From: Thermodesulfobacterium hydrogeniphilum
GTDB taxonomy: Bacteria > Desulfobacterota > Thermodesulfobacteria > Thermodesulfobacteriales > Thermodesulfobacteriaceae
Length of the DNA: 24,000 bases
Direction of reading: 5' to 3'
NCBI RefSeq assembly: GCF_000746255.1
Contig: NZ_JQKW01000012.1
Span: 1-24,000, forward strand
The position numbers were made by a program, and so were the translations under genes. The notes beneath the pieces were generated by a model, which saw nothing but the letters and a program-made list of their open reading frames with translations, had not been told where the DNA came from and made no database searches. Below are positions 19,168 through 24,000 of the stretch, in pieces; position 1 is the stretch's first letter, and every line of letters starts with the position of its first letter.

Positions 19168-20337
19168 ATGAAAAAAGTTGTTATATTTGGTGCCACTGGT
19201 TCCATAGGTAGTTCTACTATAAATATTATTAAAACTTATCCAGAAAAATTTAAAATTTTAGCTATTTCTTGTAAATCACAAATAAAGGCATTAAAAAAAC
19301 TTGCTGAAGAGTTTAAAGTTCCCTATTTAGCAGTAGAAAAAGAAAAAGATGCTGTAAATTTAAAAAAATCCTTAAAATACAAAGCTGAAATTTATTATGG
19401 AGATGAAGGGCTTAAAATATTAGCAACTTTAAAAGAAGCTGATATTTTTGTTATAGGAATTTCAGGAATAAAGGCTTTAATTCCTACTTATTATTCTTTG
19501 CAGAGTGGAAAAAGAGTAGCTATTGCTAATAAAGAAAGTCTTATAGTAGCAGGGGAATTTTTAAAAAAAATAGCCAGAGAATACAATACAGAGCTTATAC
19601 CTGTAGATAGTGAACACTCTTCTCTTTTTCAGCTATTGCAAAAGGAAAAAAGAAAGAACATTAAGAAGTTAATTCTTACAGCTTCAGGAGGTCCTTTTTA
19701 TAAAACACCTTTGAAAAAGTTTTCCGAGATCACTCCTGAAGAAGCAGTTTCTCATCCTAATTGGAAAATGGGAGCTAAAATCTCTGTTGATTCTGCTACT
19801 CTTATGAATAAAGGCTTTGAGGTTTTAGAAGCCAAAGTTTTGTTTGATTTCCCTTTAGAAAAAATAGAAGTTTTAATACATCCTCAAAGTTTGGTTCATG
19901 GTTTAATTGAACTTATTGATGGAAGCTTTTTAATGCACTTAAGTTATCCTGATATGAAAATAGCTATTTCCTATGCTTTAAATTATCCTGAAAGAATAGA
20001 ACTTCCGGTTAAAAATATAAATTTAGCTGAAATTGGAAACCTAATTTTTGAAAAGCCGGATTTTGAAAAATTTCCTTGTTTAAAGTTAGCTTATGAGGTT
20101 GGAAATTTAGGAGGGCTTTATCCTTTAATTTTGGAAGCAGCTGATGAAGTAATAGTAGAAGCATTTCTTAATAAAAAAATATCTTTTGATAAAATTCCCT
20201 ATTTTATTGAAAAAACTCTAAAGGAGTTTAAAATACCTTCTATGAATTTTGAAGCATTAGATATTTTCAAAATTTTAGAAATACATAAAGAAATATGCAA
20301 CTTTACTCAAGATCTTATTAGAGGACAAACAAAATGA
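19168..20337 (+). CDS. dxr: 1-deoxy-D-xylulose-5-phosphate reductoisomerase
   Basis: 389-aa ORF with 'GATGSIGSST' (NADPH), 'ANKESL', 'PVDSEHSS', 'LTASGGPF' and 'HPNWKMG'. Confidence 0.96.
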   Translation: MKKVVIFGATGSIGSSTINIIKTYPEKFKILAISCKSQIKALKKLAEEFKVPYLAVEKEKDAVNLKKSLKYKAEIYYGDEGLKILATLKEADIFVIGISGIKALIPTYYSLQSGKRVAIANKESLIVAGEFLKKIAREYNTELIPVDSEHSSLFQLLQKEKRKNIKKLILTASGGPFYKTPLKKFSEITPEEAVSHPNWKMGAKISVDSATLMNKGFEVLEAKVLFDFPLEKIEVLIHPQSLVHGLIELIDGSFLMHLSYPDMKIAISYALNYPERIELPVKNINLAEIGNLIFEKPDFEKFPCLKLAYEVGNLGGLYPLILEAADEVIVEAFLNKKISFDKIPYFIEKTLKEFKIPSMNFEALDIFKILEIHKEICNFTQDLIRGQTK

Positions 20338-21413
20338 TAACAACTGTTTCGGTAGCTCTTGCTGTAATAGGAATACTTATTTTTATACATGAATTTGGGC
20401 ATTTTTTAGCTGCTAAATTAATGGGAGTAAAAGTTGAAATTTTTTCTTTAGGTTTTGGCCCTCGTTTAATAGGCTTTACTATTGGAGAAACAGAGTATAG
20501 AATTTCCTTGGTTCCCTTAGGAGGATATGTAAAACTATATGGAGAACATCCTGAAGCAATAATTTCTGGAATAAAAGAAAAAGCCTATGCTTTTAAAAAA
20601 CCCTGGCAAAAAGCTGTTATTGTAATAGCAGGACCTTTAGCTAATTTTGTTTTACCAATTTTTATTTTTTGGTTTTTATTTGCCGTAGCAGGGTCTTCTA
20701 TAATTCCAGCAAAAGTAGGAGAGGTCCTGCCAAAATCTCCTGCCAAAAGAGCTGGTATTCAGAAAGGAGATGAGATTATAGAAGTAAATGGGAAAAAAGT
20801 CAAATCTTTTGAAGAAATTGTTTTATATTTAAGAACCAATAATAAAGTAAATACAGTTCAATTGAAAATAAAAAGAGGTAATAAAATTTTAGATCTTTAT
20901 ATCAAGCCAGAATATAAAGAAGGTTACAACATTTTTGGTAAAAAGACAAAGATTCCCTTTTTAGGGATAAAGGCAAGCCAGGAAATTATTCATAAAAAAT
21001 ACAATTTTATAAAAGCTTTTGTTTGGGCTTTACAAAAGGTATGGGAGATAACATCTTTAACTTTTATAGCTATTTTTAAATTGTTTACAGGGCAACTTCC
21101 TTTTTCTACTCTTGGAGGACCAATTACTATTGGTAAAATAGCAGGGGATACAGCCAGATTAGGGTTTTATCCTTTACTCTCTTTCACAGCTTTACTCTCT
21201 ATCAATTTGGGTATTATTAATATTTTACCTATTCCCATGCTGGATGGAGGACATTTGGTTCTTCTTGGTATAGAAGCCATAAGAAAAGAACCTCTATCTT
21301 TAAAAACTCAGGAGATTATTTTTAAAATAGGTTTAATTTTTATTATTGCTTTAAGTATAGCTGTTTTTTATAATGATATTATTAGATTACTTAGCGGATG
21401 GAAGCTCCCTTAA
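20334..21413 (+). CDS. rseP: RIP metalloprotease RseP (site-2 protease, M50 family) with a single PDZ domain
   Basis: 359-aa ORF with HExxH 'HEFGHF', PDZ 'GIQKGDEIIEVNG' and 'NILPIPMLDGGH'. The dxr-rseP order is conserved. ATGA overlap with dxr. Confidence 0.94.
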   Translation: MITTVSVALAVIGILIFIHEFGHFLAAKLMGVKVEIFSLGFGPRLIGFTIGETEYRISLVPLGGYVKLYGEHPEAIISGIKEKAYAFKKPWQKAVIVIAGPLANFVLPIFIFWFLFAVAGSSIIPAKVGEVLPKSPAKRAGIQKGDEIIEVNGKKVKSFEEIVLYLRTNNKVNTVQLKIKRGNKILDLYIKPEYKEGYNIFGKKTKIPFLGIKASQEIIHKKYNFIKAFVWALQKVWEITSLTFIAIFKLFTGQLPFSTLGGPITIGKIAGDTARLGFYPLLSFTALLSINLGIINILPIPMLDGGHLVLLGIEAIRKEPLSLKTQEIIFKIGLIFIIALSIAVFYNDIIRLLSGWKLP

Positions 21414-22099
21414 TTCTTGCCATAGAAACCTCTGGTAAAACTGGAGGTATAGCTCTATTTAAAGAAAGGCTTCTAAGCAGCGTCTCTTTATCCTCTCAAG
21501 AATCCTATTCTAAAGTTATTTTTAAAACTCTAACTTTTATTACAGAGGTTTTAAATTTTTCTTTAGAAGAGGTTGATTATTATGCTATAGATGTTGGTCC
21601 TGGTAGTTTTACAGGTCTAAGAATAGGACTTTCAGTTTTAAAGGGATTAAATTTGGTTTATCCTAAGCCTGTAATTCCTTTATGTAGTTTAGAAATATTA
21701 GCCACTAATTTTATTAATCACTCTTTACCCCTTGTTAGTTTAGTAAATGCTTATAGCAAAGAAGTTTTTTTAGCTATTTATCAATGGGAGGATTTCAAAC
21801 TTAATACTAAATTAGCTCCTTGTTGCATCTCTTTAAAAGAAATCTCTAATTATATAAATGAGCCTGCTCTATTTTTAAGTGAAACTTTAGAAATCTGGGA
21901 TGAGTTTTTTAAAAAGGAATTAAAAAATTTTTATATTAAGCCTGAAATTCCCGTTAATATAAGTGCTGAATTGGTAGCTAAATTGGCTTATTTGAAAATA
22001 AAACAAAACAAAGTAGAATTTAAAGATGCTGAGACTCTGTTACCTTTTTATTTGAAATCCTCTGAAGCAGAAAGAAAAAAAGGACTTAAAATAGCATGA
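21398..22099 (+). CDS. tsaB: tRNA N6-threonylcarbamoyladenosine biosynthesis protein TsaB (YeaZ)
   Basis: 233-aa ORF with 'LAIETSGKTGGIAL' and 'DVGPGSFTGLRIG'. 16-nt overlap with rseP. Confidence 0.88.
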   Translation: MEAPLILAIETSGKTGGIALFKERLLSSVSLSSQESYSKVIFKTLTFITEVLNFSLEEVDYYAIDVGPGSFTGLRIGLSVLKGLNLVYPKPVIPLCSLEILATNFINHSLPLVSLVNAYSKEVFLAIYQWEDFKLNTKLAPCCISLKEISNYINEPALFLSETLEIWDEFFKKELKNFYIKPEIPVNISAELVAKLAYLKIKQNKVEFKDAETLLPFYLKSSEAERKKGLKIA

Positions 22100-23082
22100 T
22101 TTCATTTTTATTGAAGCGTTTTTTCAGTTTTTTAATTACTCTTTTTGGAATGACTGTTATTAGTTTTTCTATTATTCATTTAGCTCCTGGAGGACCTTTA
22201 AGTCCTCTTACAGAATTTAATCCTAAAATAAGCCCTGAGTATAGAGAAAAACTTGTAAAAATGTATGGATTAGATAAACCTCTTTATATCCAATACTGGA
22301 ATTGGTTGAAAGGGATAATAAAACTGGATTTTGGCAGATCCTTTTCTTTAGATCAAAGACCTGTTTGGGATAAAATTAAAGAAAGACTTCCCATTACTAT
22401 TTTTATAAATGTTATTTCCTTAGTATTAATACTTTTAATAGCTATACCCCTGGGAGTTTATTCAGCTGTGAAAGCCGAAAGTATTTTTGACAAGGCTGTT
22501 ACTGTAGTTACCTTTATAGGCTATGCTATGCCAAGTTTTTGGTTAGCTATAATATTAATGATGATTTTTGGAGTAAAATTACACTGGCTTCCTGTTTCAG
22601 GTCTTCATTCTACAATAGGTTATGAAGAAATGACGACCTTGCAAAAAATTTGGGACTGGACAAAACATTTAATTTGTCCTTTATTTGTAGCTACTTTTGG
22701 GGGATTGGCTGGTGTTTTAAGATATGTGCGAAACTCTATGGTAGAGGTTTTAAAAGCTGATTTTATACTTTTTGCCAGAGCTAAGGGATTACCTGAGAAA
22801 GTGGTAATTTACAAACATGCTTTGAGAAATGCTCTTTTACCTCTTATTACTATCTTAGGTCTATCATTACCAGGTCTTATTGGAGGGAGTGTAATTTTTG
22901 AAAGTATTTTTGGAATTCCCGGAGTGGGACAACTTATGTGGCAGGCTGTTATGGCAAGAGATTATCCTGTTATTATGGCAAATTTATTTTTGATATCTCT
23001 TCTTACACTCTTAGGAAATTTTTTAGCAGATCTTGGCTATGCCTTAGCTGATCCACGAATTAGACTAAATCATAAAAAATGA
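22096..23082 (+). CDS. ABC transporter permease, oligopeptide/dipeptide/nickel (OppB/DppB) family
   Basis: 328-aa ORF. Six TM segments, EAA-type loop 'FARAKGLPEKVVIYKHALRNALLP', and a family-typical C-terminus 'ADPRIR'. Confidence 0.9.
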   Translation: MISFLLKRFFSFLITLFGMTVISFSIIHLAPGGPLSPLTEFNPKISPEYREKLVKMYGLDKPLYIQYWNWLKGIIKLDFGRSFSLDQRPVWDKIKERLPITIFINVISLVLILLIAIPLGVYSAVKAESIFDKAVTVVTFIGYAMPSFWLAIILMMIFGVKLHWLPVSGLHSTIGYEEMTTLQKIWDWTKHLICPLFVATFGGLAGVLRYVRNSMVEVLKADFILFARAKGLPEKVVIYKHALRNALLPLITILGLSLPGLIGGSVIFESIFGIPGVGQLMWQAVMARDYPVIMANLFLISLLTLLGNFLADLGYALADPRIRLNHKK

Positions 23083-23906
23083 AAATTTTAAAAGAACTTT
23101 TAAATCATAAAATAGGACTTATTTCCTTATGTATTATTACAATTCTTGCTATTTTAGCTATTTTTGCACCTTATATAGCACCCTATGATCCCTTTGGGAT
23201 TAATGTAAATGAAATTTTACAACCTCCATCTTTAAAACATCTTCTGGGAACAGACTTACTTGGAAGGGATGTTTTTAGTAGAATGATTTATGCTTCAAGA
23301 ATTTCCTTAGAGGTTAGTATAGTAGCAGTAGGGATTTCTGTGAGTATAGGAGTATTTTTAGGTGCATTAGCAGGTTATTTTGGTGGTATAGTAGATCAAA
23401 TTATTTGTAGGTTTATTGATATAATGCTTTGTTTCCCTACTATTTTCTTAATTTTAGCTATTATTGCTTATTTAGAGCCATCTATTTTAACTATTATGAT
23501 AGTTATTGGATCAACCAGCTGGATGGGTGTTGCTCGTTTAGTTAGGGCTGAGATTTTATCTCTTAAAGAAAGGGATTTTGTTCAGATAGCTAAGGTTTAT
23601 GGAGCAAGTTCTTTTAGGATAATTTTTAAACATCTTCTTCCTAATGCTTTACCCCCTATCTTGGTTTCTGCTTCTTTAGGTTTGGGACAGGCTATTTTAA
23701 TTGAATCTGCTCTTTCTTTTCTTGGAATAGGGGTGCAACCTCCTACTCCGTCTTGGGGAAACATGTTAATTGAAGGGAAGGAGACCTTAGAAGTGGCTTG
23801 GTGGCTTTCTGTTTTTCCAGGTTTAGCTATACTTATAACAGTTTTAGCTTTTACTCTTTTAGGAGAGACTTTACAAGATATCTTAAATCCAAAGAAAGAG
23901 AAATAA
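23079..23906 (+). CDS. ABC transporter permease, oligopeptide/dipeptide/nickel (OppC/DppC) family
   Basis: 275-aa ORF with 'HLLGTDLLGRDVFSRMIYASR' (typical OppC/DppC N-terminal motif) and 'AKVYGASSFRIIFKHLLPNALPP'. ATGA overlap with the preceding permease. Confidence 0.9.
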   Translation: MKILKELLNHKIGLISLCIITILAILAIFAPYIAPYDPFGINVNEILQPPSLKHLLGTDLLGRDVFSRMIYASRISLEVSIVAVGISVSIGVFLGALAGYFGGIVDQIICRFIDIMLCFPTIFLILAIIAYLEPSILTIMIVIGSTSWMGVARLVRAEILSLKERDFVQIAKVYGASSFRIIFKHLLPNALPPILVSASLGLGQAILIESALSFLGIGVQPPTPSWGNMLIEGKETLEVAWWLSVFPGLAILITVLAFTLLGETLQDILNPKKEK

Positions 23907-23911
23907 AAATA

Positions 23912-23998
23912 TGGTGCCGAGGGCGGGACTCGAACCCGCACGGACTTACGTCCACTAGCCCCTCAAGCCAGCGCGTCTACCAATTCCGCCACCTCGGC
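23912..23998 (-). tRNA. tRNA-Leu (anticodon GAG), class II with long variable arm, CCA encoded
   Basis: The reverse complement folds by hand as a cloverleaf: acceptor GCCGAGG/CCTCGGC; D arm GCGGAATTGGTAGACGC (the same D-arm sequence as I recall for E. coli tRNA-Leu); anticodon stem CTGGC/GCTAG with loop TTGAGGG (GAG); variable arm GGAC-GTAA-GTCC; T arm GCGGG-TTCGAGT-CCCGC; discriminator A plus CCA. Confidence 0.95.
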
Positions 23999-24000
23999 GT

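Noticed and set aside
23597-23941. 114-aa minus-strand ORF spanning the permease 3' end and running into the tRNA-Leu
   Set aside because: Its 5' part is the tRNA gene itself and the rest is antisense to the conserved OppC/DppC-type CDS. Spurious.
23912-23998. tRNA-Leu as an integration hotspot for a genomic island
   Set aside because: No integrase, no duplicated tRNA 3' fragment (att-like direct repeat) and no compositional shift are visible within the window. Sequence beyond 24000 is not available.

Overview
The window opens with the 3' ~2.65 kb of a G+C-rich 23S rRNA gene (cut by the window edge) and a complete 5S rRNA. It then runs through 19 tightly packed protein-coding genes in very A+T-rich DNA and ends with a G+C-rich tRNA-Leu(GAG) on the minus strand. 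G+C-rich stable RNAs in an A+T-rich genome, plus a full-length reverse gyrase, point to a thermophilic bacterium. Thermodesulfobacteriota-like or Aquificota-like is only a guess. Most genes are housekeeping: class A PBP, CcsA-like protein, reverse gyrase, NifS-type cysteine desulfurase, GH3/NagZ-like enzyme, class I fumarase alpha subunit, SecG, Dxr, RseP, TsaB and an Opp/Dpp-type permease pair. I found no transposase, integrase, CRISPR array, long repeat or recognisable defence system, so this looks like a core-genome region. The least-explained parts are: (1) an overlapping or closely spaced operon joining a radical-SAM 'DNA modification/repair'-type protein (with a helix-hairpin-helix) to a SAM methyltransferase and a cysteine desulfurase, without the radical-SAM family's usual partner gene; (2) a split CBS-domain gene plus DUF39/COG1900 homocysteine-biosynthesis gene; (3) an uncharacterised lipoprotein with two FN3-like modules placed where a fumarase beta subunit would be expected. 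All functional calls come from motifs read by eye. No database search was run.
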